This document shows, piece by piece, positions 12,515-25,900 of a stretch of 64,000 bases of DNA (positions are counted from its first letter, which is position 1; every line of letters begins with the position of its first letter). This stretch comes from Heptranchias perlo. Its lineage: Eukaryota. Under the pieces are notes generated by a model. That model searched no databases. It was not told where the DNA came from and worked only from the letters and a program-made list of their open reading frames with translations. Position numbers and translations under genes: made by a program. The stretch spans positions 35,712,001 to 35,776,000 of the forward strand of contig NC_090346.1 of the NCBI RefSeq assembly GCF_035084215.1. The letters are read 5' to 3'.

Positions 12515-15500
12515 AGAACATAAGAACATAAAGAAATAGGAGCAGGAGTAGGCCATACGGCCCCTCGAACTTGCTCTGCCATTCAATCAGGCCATGGCTG
12601 ATCTTCAACCTCAACTCCACTTTCCCGCCCGATCTCCATATCCCTTGATTCCGCTAGAATCCAAAAATCTATCTATCTCAGCCTTGAATATTCTCAACGA
12701 CTGAGCATCCATAGGCTTCTGGGGTAAAAAATTCCAAAGATTCACAACCCTCTGAGTGAAGATATTCCTCCTCATCTCAGTCTTAAATGGCCGACCTCTT
12801 AACCTGTGACTATGCCCAGTTCTAGACTCTCTAGCCAGGGGAAACAACCTCTCAGCATCTACCCTGTCAAGCCCCCTCAGAATCTTATATGTTTCAATGA
12901 GATTGCCTCTCATCTAAATTTCAGAGAGTGTAGGCACATTCTACTCAACCTCTCCTCATAGGACAACCCTTTCATCCCAGGAATTAATCTAGTGAACCTT
13001 CGTTGCACCACCTCTAAGGCAAGTATATCCTTCCTTAGATAAGGAGAGAAAAACTGTACGCAGTACTCCAGGTGAGGTCTCACCAAAGCCCTGTACAGTT
13101 AATACAAGTGTAGTAAGATTTCCTTACTCTCGTAGTCCAACCCCCTTGCAATAAAGGCCAACATGCCATTTGCCTTCCTAATTGCCTGCTGTACCTGCAT
13201 GCTAACTTTTTGTGTTTCTTGTACCAGGACACCCAAGTCTCTCTGGACACCAACATTTAATAGTTGCTCACCATTTAAAAAATATTATGTTTTTCTATTC
13301 TTCCTACCAAAGTGAATAACCTCACATTTCCCCACATTATACTCCATCTGCCACCTTCTTGCCCACTCACTTAACCTGTCTATACCCTTTTGCCGACTCT
13401 TTGTCTCCTCCTTACTACTTACTTTCCCACCTAGCTTTGTATCGTCAGTAATATTGATTGTAAATAGCTGAGGCCCAGGCACTGATCCTTGTGGTACCCC
13501 CTAGCTACAACCTGCCAACCTAAAAATGACCCGTTTATCCCTACTCTCTGTTTTCTGTCCATTAACCAATCCTCTATCCATGCTAATATGTTACCCCCAA
13601 CCCAATGAGCCCTTACCTTGTGTAACACCCTTTTATGTGGCACCTTATCAAATGCCTTTTGAAAATCCAAATATACTACATCCATTGGTTCCCCTTTATC
13701 TACCCTGCTTGTTATATCCTCAAAAATCTCTAATAAATTTGTCAAACACGATTTCGCTTTCATAAAGCCATGTTGACTCCGCTTAATCATATTATGATGT
13801 TTTAAGTGCCCTGTTACCACTTCCTTAACAATGGATTCCAGCATTTTCCCAACAAGTGATGTCAGGCCAACTGGCCTGCAGTTCCCTGTTTTCTCTCTCC
13901 CTCCTTTCTTGAATAGTGGGATTACATTTGCTACCCTCCAATCCGCTGCGACTGTTCTAGAATCCAAGTAATTTTGGAAGATCATAACCAATGCATCCAC
14001 TATCTCTGCAGCCACCTTTTTTAGAACCCTCTGATGTAGACCATCAGGTCCAGGGGATTTATCGGCTTTTGGTCCCATTAGTTTCTCAAGTACTTTTTCT
14101 CTTCTGATAATTACATTAAGTTCCTCACTCTCAATTGCCCTTTGGTTCCCCATTATTTCTGGTATGCTTTTTATGTCTTCTACTGTGAAGACAGATACAA
14201 AATATTTGTTTAATGCATCTGCTATTTCTTGATTCCCCATTATAAATTCTTCTGTCTCAGCCTCTAGGGGACTAACGTTTACTTTTGCTACTCTCTTCCT
14301 TTTTACACACTTGTAGAAGCTCTTACAATCTGTTTTTATATTTCTTGCTAGTTTACTTTCATATTCTATTTTCTCCCTTTTTATCAATTTTTTGGTCATC
14401 CTTTGCTGGTTTCTAAAACTCTCCCAGTCCTCAGGCTTACTACTCTTCCTGGCAACATTAATGGCCTCATCTTTTAATTTAATACTATCCTTAACTTCTT
14501 TAGTAAGCCATGGATGGATCACTTTTCCCATGGAGGTTTTATTTCTCAATGGAATGTATATTTGTTGAGAATATTGAAATATTTATTTAAATGTTTGCCA
14601 TTGCTTCTCAACCGTCATACCCTTTAATTTAATTTCCCAATCTACCTTAGCCAACTCGCCCCTCGTACCTATGTAATTGGCTTTATTTAAGTTTAAGACT
14701 CTAGTTTCAAACTTAAGTACATCACTCTCAAACTCAATGTGACATTCTATGATATTATGATCACTCTTCCCCAGAAGATCCTTTACTGTGAGATTACTAA
14801 TTAACCCTGTCTCATTACACAATACAAGATCTAAAATAGCCTTCCCTGGTCGGTTCCATGATGTTTTGCTCTAGGAAACCATCTCGAATACATTCCATGA
14901 ACCCATCCTCCAACTTACCTCTGCCAATTTGCCCAGTCTATATGAAGATTAAAGTCCCCCATGATGATTGCATTACCTTTGTGACAAGCTCCTATTATTT
15001 CATGATTAATACTCTATCCTACGGTATAGCTATTATTAGATGGTCTATAAACTACTTCCACCAGTGTTTTCAGCCTCTTGTTATTTCTTATTTCCACCCA
15101 TAGTGATTCTATTTCCCGATCTTCCGAGCCAGTCCTTTCTCACCACTGTCCTTGTGTCATCCTTTATTATTAGGGCTACACCCCCTCCTTTTCCATTCTG
15201 CCTGCCTTTTCTAAACGTCATGTACCCTGGAATATTTAATTCCCATTTGCGCAACTAATTCATCTATCTTGTTACGAATGCCCTGTGCGTTCAGATACAG
15301 AGCCTTTAATTTTGACTCTTTACCATTTTTTCTGCTTTGACCTTACTTGTTGATGCTCTATTATTGGTAAACTCTCTGTCCCTTCCTGCCACACTCTGCT
15401 TAGCACCCAAATCACTACACTGCTCTATTGCTTTGACTTTTCTCATTAGATTTTTAAATTTCCCCTCACCTGACCCCTCTTCCCCCCCCCCCTTTTTAGT

Positions 15501-15920
15501 TTAAAGCCCGATCTACAGCCCTAGTTATTTGATTCGCCAGGATGCTGGTTCCAGCCTGATTTAAGTGGCGCCCATCCCAACGGAACAGCTCCCTCTTTCC
15601 CCAGTATTGGTGCCAGTGCCCCATGAATCGAAACCCGTTCCTCCCACGCCACTCTTTGAGCCACGCATTTAACTCTCTGATCTGTTTGTTCCTCCTGCCA
15701 ATTTGCACGTGGCTCAGGTGGTAATCCAGAGATTATTACCTTTGAGGTTCTGCTTATTAATTTAGACCCTAGCTCCTCAAACTGTCTCAGCAGAACCCCA
15801 TTCTTAGTTCTACCTATGCCGTTGGCTCCTACATGGACCACGACAACTGGATCCTCCCCCTCATGCTCCAAGTTCTTTTTGATCTGCGAGGAGATGTCCT
15901 TAACCCTGGCATCGAGCAAC
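12515..15920 (-). mobile_element. CR1 LINE, about 3.4 kb, defective: SGNH-esterase ORF1 C-terminus plus a broken ORF2 (APE endonuclease and RT)
   Basis: ORF1 fragments VVVHVGANGIG and FRWDGRHLNQAG (15496-15919). ORF2 fragments GKSDHNII, KSPGPDG, QHGF, YLDFQKAFDKVPH, DDTKLGG and LWNFLP. (TTCTTATG)n tail. Frameshifts and internal deletions are present. Confidence 0.95.
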
Positions 15921-16859
15921 CTGTTCCTCCAGGTTGACCTAAATTAGCCTGGGACTGAGCTGTAAATTTACTTTACTTGCTTTGAGTTTGAAGTGTACAA
16001 AGGTATGAATATGAAAGGTATAGAGCACCTGCAGTATGGACTCTGCTTGAAAACGAAAACCACTGCATGGTATAGCTAGTTATTGGGAAAAGTGGTACGG
16101 ACAATATTACCGATAGTTAAAGAAGCTGTGATTACAATTTTTGATGTTTGCATGTCTTCAGTGGTGGTGTAACACACTAACGTCTTTCACTCCCTTCAAA
16201 TTTTATTCCAATCTGCTGCTCTGAACTGTTAGAACTTTCCTCATAATCCAATTTCAATAGACAGTTGGCCATTCCATGTGTCCTGGATACATTTATAAGC
16301 AGCAACCTGATTTGAGCAACAGAGACAAACAATGAGATTGTTTATAATGAGATTGGGGAGCTGTGAATCTAGGAAATGCTGCAGTTAGAACTGCTTTTGT
16401 TTAAAATTGACAGTTACATAATTAAATCCATGTCCCATATGAGGGAAGGTAATACATCAAAGTCACTCCTTTATTTTGCATATCAAAAACACAGATGTGA
16501 TTGATGTTTATGATTTCAAATTCATATTTGCCTTTGTTAAACTTACTGAACAAGTATAATGGACAGAATAGTTGCAATTTATCATTGGTAGAAATAAACT
16601 GGTTTTATAATTTACTCGTCTGGTCTTTCTGGTCCATTGTTTTTATATTGGTACAAAGTGAACTTGATCCAGACTCACTGCCAATTTATAAACATAATTA
16701 AGCCAAGAATCAGTGTTAATGCCAAGTCCTCTAGATCAAGATCACAATGCTTTCACACTGAGCATGTACTTGAGATGGATTAAAAAATGCAAAGACACAC
16801 AATGATAACAGTGTAATACTTGAAGCACCCCTCAAAGCTTAATGGGTAGGTGCACCAAA

Positions 16860-17215
16860 TGGTGTGATACTGAGCCACACAGTCCAGGAGAGCCTAAGGT
16901 TCAATCCCCATTCTGTGCTCCGTTAGTGAATCTCAGTTGAGACAGTGATTGGAGTGCTACAATTGGTCTCAATGACGGGGGGAAAATCAGATTGGATTTC
17001 TGCCTCTTAATGTCATTCAGTGACCCTTGCTGGATAGCCTGCGCGTATGTGGATGTTGGGTGCCGATAGGATTTGCTGTAATGTGTGTTATGCTCAAATA
17101 GCCTGCCAGCACTTAGTCTTGCCTCTCATAGGAAGAATGGCCAATCTGGCAAGGCTACTGGCATTTGTGGGATCATAAAAGAGCTTGGGTCATAATCTTC
17201 AGGCGAAGAAGAATA
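16860..17215 (+). mobile_element. SINE-like repeat (unnamed family B)
   Basis: GGTTCAATCCC B-box and the core GGAAAATCAG...CAGTGACCCTTGCTGG shared with other family B copies. Confidence 0.55.
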
Positions 17216-18644
17216 AATATAATGCCATTTTTTCTGCAGTGCAGCAATAAAGACATTATTTTATATGGGTATAGATTAGTACAGGTATAAATCAGTAGTA
17301 TAAGTCCTACTAAAATACCCAGTTAACTGACATTCCTTTTAGAGTGAGCCCCTCCACAACTAAATCCAGATAAGCTCATTGCATAATCTATTTATGGTAT
17401 TAATTTTACTTTATATTATTTATAATTGATGTGTCTTATAGTGTTCAATTTTAGTGGGAATTATTGTAAACTCAAATTGGAGAAATGAAGATTTGCTTTG
17501 GTATTTTACATGTGATTAGTCATTCTCTCTTAGGAGATTGAATACTTGGATGAGGCAAGTTGCGCATGATGTGTCGAATGAATGGGCTTGCTGGGCTAAA
17601 TAATCTGTACTTTTTCCATATTTTATCATAATGAATGCAGAGAATGTAGCCACATATTGGAAATTGGGGTTTTAATGGAAAATAAAATTTGAGTTTTATA
17701 GTCCTAATTATATCATTGTTTTGGAATTGTTCACAGAGCACATGTCCTTGTGCTAGTTTCATTAATACATGCCTATTGCTTAGCAGCAACAAGGTAGAAA
17801 ACCATTTTATTATGGAAAATTGCTGAAATCTTGGTCATAATCACATAATTTATATTCAAGATTATGGTTTGAGAGTGAAGTACCTCTTTTGTCTTCATAT
17901 TTTAAATTTCAAATAGTCTGTATTTTATTATAAAATTGCAGCTGTTACATTATCATGGTTAACTGCTATTAATAAGTATAAATTTGTGGTAAAGGGAGGA
18001 TTTGGCCCTACTTTCTATTCCGCATTCAGAATCTTTTCTTTCTCTAATCTCTCTAATTTTTCTTTTTCTTAAATATTCAACAAGTAGACATGGCCAAACA
18101 TTTAAATAAATCAGCAAGTGGAAATGCTACGATGTAAATATAGGGTGTTCTGAAACCAAGGCAATTAATTTTCTCTAACTTCTACCCAACAATGGTTACA
18201 CCTCAGTGGAAGAAGTATAGCCCCGTCTGTATGTAAGATCAAAATCAAGTGCACTTACTCCTACCTAATATTGTGACTTGATCTTTAGTGTACTACTACC
18301 ATTCTCCAATATGGTCTAGTTCATGAAAAAAGTATATTTTCTTCGTGCCAGAAGTACATAGTATATCGATATAAACACTCATTGCTAAAATGCTGGATTG
18401 GTCAGTGTCATCTTAGCAACTATTAAATAATAACACTGTAGCAAGACTAGAGGCTCAATGGATACAAGGTCTAAGGATCCTGAGGGGTAGTTTCCACTTT
18501 GGGCACAATCGGGAAATTGCGCCCAAAATGCACTCGAAATTGGGCTGGTTAGGTTACAGTTCAAGTTTCCGATAAAATGCATTTACTTAATCACAAACAT
18601 AAACCAGCACAATTAGGCTGTGTAACTCCCTTCCTAACTGCACT

Positions 18645-18770
18645 GTGGGAGAACCTTCACCACACGGACTGCAGCGGTTTAAGAAGGCGGCTCACCACCA
18701 CCTTCTCGAGCAATAAATGCCGGCCTCGCCAGCAACGCCCACATCCCATGAACGAATTTAAAAAAAAGAA
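18645..18770 (+). mobile_element. Non-LTR retrotransposon 3' end fragment
   Basis: GGACTGCAGCGGTTTAAGAAGGCGGCTCACCACCACCTTCTC...AATAAATGCCGGCCTCGCCAGCAACGCCCACATCCC plus an A-tail. A related tail occurs at about 38668-38730. Confidence 0.65.
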
Positions 18771-19234
18771 TGTAATCATTTTTTTTCTCTTTCCATTAAA
18801 AAGTATTCCTTGATGTATTTAAGAGTGGTAACCTGGTACATTTTTATTAATACAACTGAAAATGGGTTTATCAACAAAAAAAGTATTTTTAATAAATGTC
18901 CAGTCCACCACCTGTGAGTAACCTGATTTAAAATTACTGAAAATAACTTTAATCTACATTGAATAGTTTCATTGGTGTACACTAGTCAGTTTCTTAGTAA
19001 ATTAAACATTCTTTGATATGAATAAACTTTTAAAACGTGCCTGTGCACCTAAGAAAATGAGTGCAATTTGAAGAGCCTTTCCAAACCAGCGCAATCGGTG
19101 GAATCTCACAATGTTGACCTGGGGGCTTGGCCAGTTTTGTGGGCGGGGCCCGATCACCGTTCCCTCTAAGCTGCGCGCGTGCGCAAAACAATCTGTTGTG
19201 TGCCGCGCACTTAAACATTCCCTCCGCGCACCAA

Positions 19235-19545
19235 ACCAGTGCTCTCTGGTCTGTGTTGAGTTAGCTGATATCAGCGGTGGGAGCACTGCCTGTCGCGGGG
19301 CAAGGGTTTCTCCTTGTGATCATTATCGAATGATCCCGACTGTATGCTGTGGACGGACAGCTGGCCGGCCAGACGTTGGGTGATATAAGATTGGATATGT
19401 CTGTCCTCAGTGGTCAGACGCCTTGCTGATGTTCACTGCCTGGGTGAACCTGTAGATAATGGCTGGTGGGTGAAGCACTGGAGGGTTTTCTGTGACACTA
19501 TCGGCCGGTGAATGTCGATACTTTCAGAAGAGGGAGAGAGAAACT
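19235..19545 (+). mobile_element. SINE-like repeat (unnamed family B), degenerate
   Basis: TCTGTGTTGAGTTAGCTGATATCAGC...AAGGGTTTCTCCTTGTGATCATTATC resembles the copy at 47365-47765. Confidence 0.5.
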
Positions 19546-20132
19546 CACACGGGCAAAAGGAGAGTCGGCCCAGGCACGTTTGGAAGTCTCGCAGGCTGCT
19601 CTGTAATGAGGTTTAACAGTAAACAGCGAGAGGTCAGTCGTCCTGGGTCAGTCTGGCTGGCTGTGGGAGGAATGTAAAGGTATTTGGTTACATGTCATTG
19701 TTTGAATAGCTGAGTGTGATCCTATGTGACACAAGCCAGCTGTTTCCCAGTATCAGCACTGCTCCGTTAACCCATCACTCAGGACTTGGCAGCGCTCATA
19801 TATTTGCACAGGGAATCGCAGGCTTCTTAAAGGGTCAGTGCCCTTAGTGTCCATCAGATGTTTGGTGTGAATCTTCAGTGAGTGACACAGGGGAAAATGG
19901 AATTACTCCCTTCCTGCCTGTGAGATACCTTTAATTCACAGAACTCCAAGCGGGGAGACTCTAAACTAGACATTTAAAACAATCCTGGCCATTAATAGGA
20001 CATTTCCAATACATAAAGTCAAATCTGAATGTCTGACTGGTAATAAATGATGATGCTGCCTCTGGTCAGGGATTGTTACAGGCAGTGGTCATTGTTGGTC
20101 TGTACAGGCCCCACGGTTCTGTATAGCATTCA

Positions 20133-20590
20133 TGGCAGCTGTGGCTCAGTGGGTAGCACTCTCTTGCTTTGAGTCAGAAGGTTGTGGGTTCAAGTCCCAC
20201 TCCAGCAACTTGAGTATATAATCCAGGCTGACACTCCAGTGCAGTACTGAGGGAGTGCTACATTGTGGGAACTGCTCTCTTTTGGATGAGTCATTAAACT
20301 GAGGCTCCATCTGTTCTCTTGGGTGGATGTAAAAAAATCCCATGGCACTTTTTGAAGAGCAGAGGAGTTCTCCCAGGTGTCCTAGTCAATATTTATCCTT
20401 CAACCAACATCACTAAAACAGATTATCCGGTCATTATCTCATTGCTGTTTGTGGGAGCTTGCTGTGCGCAAATTGGCTGCCACCTTTCCTACATTACAAC
20501 AGTGACTATACTTCAAAAGTACTTCATTGATTGTAAAGCACTTTGGGACGTCTAGAGGTCATGAAAGGCGCTATAGAAATACAAGTCCTT
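20133..20590 (+). mobile_element. Deu-domain SINE (SacSINE1-like), full length
   Basis: A-box GTGGCTCAGTGG, B-box GGTTCAAGTCC, Deu core GGATGAGTCATTAAACTGAGG...AAAATCCCATGGCAC and tail GAAAGGCGCTATAGAAATACAAG. Confidence 0.88.
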
Positions 20591-21916
20591 ACCTTTTCTT
20601 AAATATATAACTTAAACCTTTGGAAACAAATGGGGAAACAGTGTGCATGACCGAACTGCACCCTGCCTTACACAGAGGCAGCCAAACTAATGAGACCTGC
20701 AAGATGTACAATTGTAATGCAATAATTTTTAAAACTCTGCTGAGGATTCAATGGAGGGCGGGGGTGGGGGAGGGGGGGAGAGAGAGCTTTAATTAAACTG
20801 TTCCCTATCCCCAAATTCACACTGACTGATTTGACAGCTGTTTTGTATTTCTGACTCAAATTAAAAATTCTGATTGCACACGATTTATTTCTGTTTGAAT
20901 CAGAATCATTAAGCTGATTCAACAAAAAGCTGATTGGAATCGTTCCCATCAGATTTTTTTATAAAATATAATGAGACTGGTCTGTTCAATCCTAGTGCAA
21001 CTTAAGAAACCCATTTCGTAAATTATATAAATTTATCAGCCAATATGACAATAAATTGTTAAAATTATCCATTATTTTGTACATTTGTTCTGTTTGTTAT
21101 ATACCCTGAATAATGTTTTCTAAAAAGATGTTCCATTCAATCTTGTGATTTTTTTTTTTATGGTGGCGCTCACAGTCTTTATATCAGTGCACAAACCCAA
21201 GTTCATGCCGCAAATGGCCAAAAAAAATTAGAGGGAACGTTGGGCCTGATCCGGACGAAATTAATCTTAAACCAGCGTAGAAGATCATGGAAAACCCGAA
21301 AGCAAGTGGTTTTGGGCGTAACTCACGTTTAAAATTCCCCAGTCTTTTGCGCTGGTTCGGCAGATTACGCCGATATTACTGGCGTAAACGAGTGGAAACT
21401 CGACCCCCCTCCATGTTCAGCTGATGTCAGGTGAAGTTTGTTAAAGTTAAAAAATTTCATTGCACATCAGTTGGAGTCATACTACATTTGATTCAAAACA
21501 ATGCAAGACCAGCTACCCGAGGTAGTTTCACGCCATATCTGACAAACGGAATTGTACTGAGATGCACTGCCAAACTAGTTATATTTCAGATTCTGTGACA
21601 AAGCAACATGTAGACCATGTCAAGTGGATGCACACTTGCCATATAACTGGTCTCTTGTAGTGTGCAAACGTGGCTACAGAAAACTCTGATGAAAACATTT
21701 TTAATTAGTAATTCTCGCTGAACTATTTTGGCAGTAGTATCTTCAAAATGTCAGTGTTCTGAATTGAAAGTTGTGAACAATTCCTTAGAAAAAGAGAAAT
21801 GTCTTTTTTTGTGGTTGCCACGCAGTCACTGTTAACTGTGACTTACCACGTGCTTAGATTATTAAAACTTTGGTATTTTCCAGCGAACTAGTAATTTGTT
21901 GTTTTTATCTCCGCAG

Positions 21917-22043
21917 TGATGTACAGCCAACTGGGGAACCTGTGAGTAAGACAAGGTCAAAGGTCGTCTCTAAATTTTCTAGATTGAGCAGGACTCACCA
22001 CAGGGAGACACGGAATCCAGAGCCTCAGAGTGGTGACTTATGA
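21917..22043 (+). CDS. SNX29: Sorting nexin-29, last coding exon (phase-2 acceptor)
   Basis: Polypyrimidine tract and acceptor TTTTTATCTCCGCAG|T, then DVQPTGEPVSKTRSKVVSKFSRLSRTHHRETRNPEPQSGDL*. This matches the recalled vertebrate SNX29 C-terminus (DITPPGEP...RETRNVEPQSGDL) and is syntenic with CPPED1. Confidence 0.93.
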
Positions 22044-22981
22044 CCTGCGAACTGACTAAAGATTCCAGCATACTTCACAGCTGCCCTTTATTTGAAACGT
22101 CAGTTCACCTTTCAATACACAGCTGAGTTAAGCAAAGGAAGATAGAGCTGCAGTGTTACTTCATGGGAAATGATCTGGAAGACTGACACAGTCTCATGTG
22201 TCTTGCATTGTTGGTAACTTGGAATGCATTATTCGCTTTAAAGAACCATTAATATAAAATAAGATTCCCTTTCACTTGCACAGTTTGAAATGTTTACAGT
22301 CTGTATTGATTATTTATTATGGTGGCACAATTTAAAGATTTGTTTGTTTTTTTGCCATTAATTCCTAATGCCCTTTCTCAGTCATCAGAACCATGTCAGC
22401 TACTTAGTGTTCATTTGTCGAGCATTATAAAGGTCACTCCTTTATCTCTAGACAATATCTGTGGGGGAAAAAGGATTCCTGTACCAGATTACAAAGACAC
22501 TGTTAGCACATTTCACACCATTAGATGCCAGAGACTCGATCGGTGAACATAAAACAGAAAGAGTTTCAAGTCAAATATAATTTCTTGACAACGAGAGGTG
22601 CTAGGTGCTGTTTCTCTCTTCCCCCACCTAAAAAAGGTTTGAAAAGAAGTTTTATTTTTGTAATGACAAAGAGATCAATAAGAATTGGAAACCCATAGAC
22701 TTCAGATTCAGCTTTTTATGTATAATACGCACAATTTTCAAACTCTGAAATGCAATATAACTACCTGATCCTTGTCACACAGTTCAATTCCCAAATCAGT
22801 TCCTTAAACCAGTTTTCATTTGCTATTGCAAATTTGCATTGTCATAGGCTGTGAACCAACTGCAGTTTGAAACTTGTAGCCAAATCGTATTAGAACATCA
22901 GTAAAAGTCTTGTCAGTTGACACTGATTCTTCTGAGAGCCTGGTAGAGAGCAGAACAGTAAAAATGGTTCTACACGCAAAT

Positions 22982-22987
22982 AATAAA
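22982..22987 (+). promoter_or_regulatory. Candidate SNX29 polyadenylation signal (AATAAA)
   Basis: First canonical hexamer I noticed downstream of the stop codon; others follow (e.g. 23382). The site actually used is unknown. Confidence 0.25.
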
Positions 22988-25900
22988 TAACCCAGACACG
23001 GAGATATTAACCTTGACATCTTAATTCTTTGTAAAATTTTTAGGAAGATAATATTGGCTTTACATTTTTACAATTTAGAGTAGGGAGGAAAAAGCAGAGT
23101 ATAGGTGTCACATCATCAACTGTTACACTGAGCTACCACTGGCACTCAGTGCTCCAGTCACCATTGCAAGTTGTTGAAGGCGTGATTTAGGCATCACAGT
23201 TTGATACACTTTAATATCTGCCAATGTAATGTCTAGTTTTTTTGATCTAGGGCCATTAACAAACAGTAGTGTTTTTCCACAATTAAACAGAGTAGCCTTA
23301 AACTTAATATTGGGAGCAAATAAACCCATTCTTCAAGAACAGCTCAAAAATTTAAATCTGCCAATACCATTTTTTGAAAGTAATAAATTAATGCCTGTTT
23401 TCTGAAAATAATACTGTACATTAGTGGTTATTTCTGATAATGGGATATCAGATTATTAGATCCATCTTTTTCTTGATATTTTCAGGTTTACAATTTTATT
23501 CTTGAGTTTTTTAAAAATTTAAAGTATATAAAGTTCATTATAACTCTCCCACTTACAAGCAAATGCTGGAGTCTGAGGAGATTTTCCTCATCATTGTGCG
23601 TATACAAATTCTACCAAAATATACTTTGGTTGTTGTGACTGTTTCTCTGAAAGTTTACACTGTAAATGTGAATAGCATGAATTGCAATGTCAGTCACAAT
23701 TTATCTTAGATAACACACTTGCCAGAATTACCAATTAAGAATTTCTGGGAATAGCATCAGACCACAATAAGCTTTTACTCTATTTCCTCTCTTCCTCCAG
23801 CTCCCAAATTCCTCGAGTTTCTAAACCAAACCATGGTTAAAAGTGTCATTATCAATACTGTTAGCAGGGCCTTTCTGTTCTACATTCAGCTCTGTGCTAT
23901 CAATCTGCTTCACTCTTACTCATAGCCCACTTCAGCAATGGCACCTCACCAATCCATTTTCCTAACATTTTAACAGTCCATGCTTCTCTTATCTATTTTC
24001 ACTAAAACCTGACTATCATCTTCCCTCACATTTTACATTTATCATCCAACACGTTTGTGAACTTGCTTACCCATTCAATTGAATGCAGTCTTGGTGAAAA
24101 CAAGCTTAAGTCCAGTGACAGAGAAATGGAGACAGAGCAAACAATGAACAGTGCTGACATTTTCTACATACTCTTTTGGTGATTAATTGCTTAGGAAGAA
24201 GTTGAAGCCATTGGCTCCCGTGTTAGCATCTGTTCAGTTGTACATGAAGCAGATTAGACATGATATTAAACAGATTAATCTCTGTCCTGTCAGTGTGTGG
24301 AGAATGAAGCATTCAATTTGTGTTTAGCACTGCTGTTATTTTATTTATTTATTATTAGAAATGCATTGGGAGAAGTATTTTATTACAACTGCCTTCTGAC
24401 TTGGTCATTTATAAGATGAAACAAATGCTACATGGACCAAAATGTGTTTTGGGGAAAAATACAATGCAATTTTCTTAACAGCAGAAGTGTATACATTCAG
24501 GACACTCAGTTCAGGGTTAAGCAATAGTTGTGTCAAAAATCTGAGATGTCCTGTTAAAAGTTTTTTTTTGCCCATGTGACCACAAAATCAAACTTAAGAA
24601 TAATTAATAAATATGCATGATCATAATTAAGTGTAAGGTGCTGAACATTTTGTTATATTTTCAGTATTTCATCTTTATAAAGTGACCTTTTTGCAGTACT
24701 GAAACTGTTGGAGAATCTCTAATTGGTTGGCTTGTGAAGTTGTATGCACGGATTTGCCATGTTAAAATTTAACACTGCCTATAACATCATTAAAGAGTGA
24801 GGAAAGCCTAAGGGGTGGACTTTCTGTTTCAAGTATTCTCTCCAGCCCTGTCTTAAAAAAAATAGAGAGTAATAAATACATGTCATTTTTCATACAATCA
24901 CAGAGATAGACATTTTGGGTTGCCTTCCTTACTCGGCTGCTGTGGTCAATTCAATTACAAGCAGGAACCCTGTACGTTCCAGATCTCGAACAGTCACTTC
25001 AGTGAAAGTAATGATCAACCTGGGACCTAATCCAGAGACACTCAATCACAAGAAAACATTCCATTGGCTGGGTACTGCTGCAGACTCAAAGGTTAGAAAG
25101 ATTCCCAGAGCCAGGCCATTGCAAATTGGCTCTCAGGTTAGTTCAAAGTTCTGGCCCCTAATGAAGTGATTGGACCCATTCCAAGATGCATCCAGCTCTT
25201 CCCTGTAACATATGTCAATGGAGTGGCTGAGGAGGGGAGAAGATCCAGAATGGTGGATCGACATCAGACAGCAGAGTCAATGATATTTTATGAGAGGTGA
25301 CCTATATATTTATTGCTATATCTTTTAAGGCCAAGTTAAAAGGAATATTTTGAGCACAAAGTACTCCCCTATTAGACTTGTAAGCTTCATCTGCATTGGA
25401 AAGTTTATTTGCTCTAAATGGCTTTATAATAAGCTGGGAAAATCAGCGTAAACTGATACAAGATCAGATCAGCAAAAGCCACGAGTCACTGACTGGAAAG
25501 GAAGTTTTCAGAGCAAAAGGATGAAAAGCTTTAGTTTGTCTCTGCAATATATAAACTAACCACTTCACTGAGTGTGACATTTTGTGACTGAAAATTCCTG
25601 AGTCACCTCATTGACATGCAGGCTAGTTTTGTCTGTGTTTAGTATCTGCTGATGATTTCACCTTCCAAAAACAAGAAGCCCCTTGGTTAATGTTGTCGAA
25701 CACTATTTATACAATGAATGGAACTGACTGCATAACATACAAGGAATGATGTCATCAGTAGATTTTATCCAGTCAGGTCCATAAGTTGTATCAGTGTGGG
25801 ATCATGCTGGCACCCACAGAGAATACTATTTATATAAGTCAATTTTAAGAAATGTTAAGTAACTCTTCATCATCATGTTCAGCTTAAAGTATGCATTTAC

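Larger units (their letters stand above)
19155..21242. mobile_element. Non-autonomous hAT-superfamily element, 2088 bp including later SINE insertions
   Basis: 15-bp TIRs CACCGTTCCCTCTAA (19155-19169) and TTAGAGGGAACGTTG (21228-21242) differ by 1 nt. The 8-bp TSD is GGCCCGAT (19147-19154) / GGCCTGAT (21243-21250). Confidence 0.82.
18484..21407. mobile_element. MITE-like DNA transposon split by nested insertions
   Basis: Left GGGGTAGTTTCCAC; right GTGGAAACTCGACCCC (rc GGGGTCGAGTTTCCAC). The CpG-rich sequence resumes after the nested hAT element at 21243. Confidence 0.6.

Noticed and set aside
15496-15919. SGNH/GDSL esterase host gene
   Set aside because: It is the frameshifted ORF1 of the adjacent CR1 element.
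20133-20205. tRNA gene (A and B boxes)
   Set aside because: It is the head of a Deu-domain SINE that continues into the SINE body, and no complete cloverleaf is present. The same applies to the other SINE heads.
24915-25300. 84-aa ORF and slightly GC-richer segment downstream of SNX29
   Set aside because: I could not assign any recognisable protein motif or repeat family.
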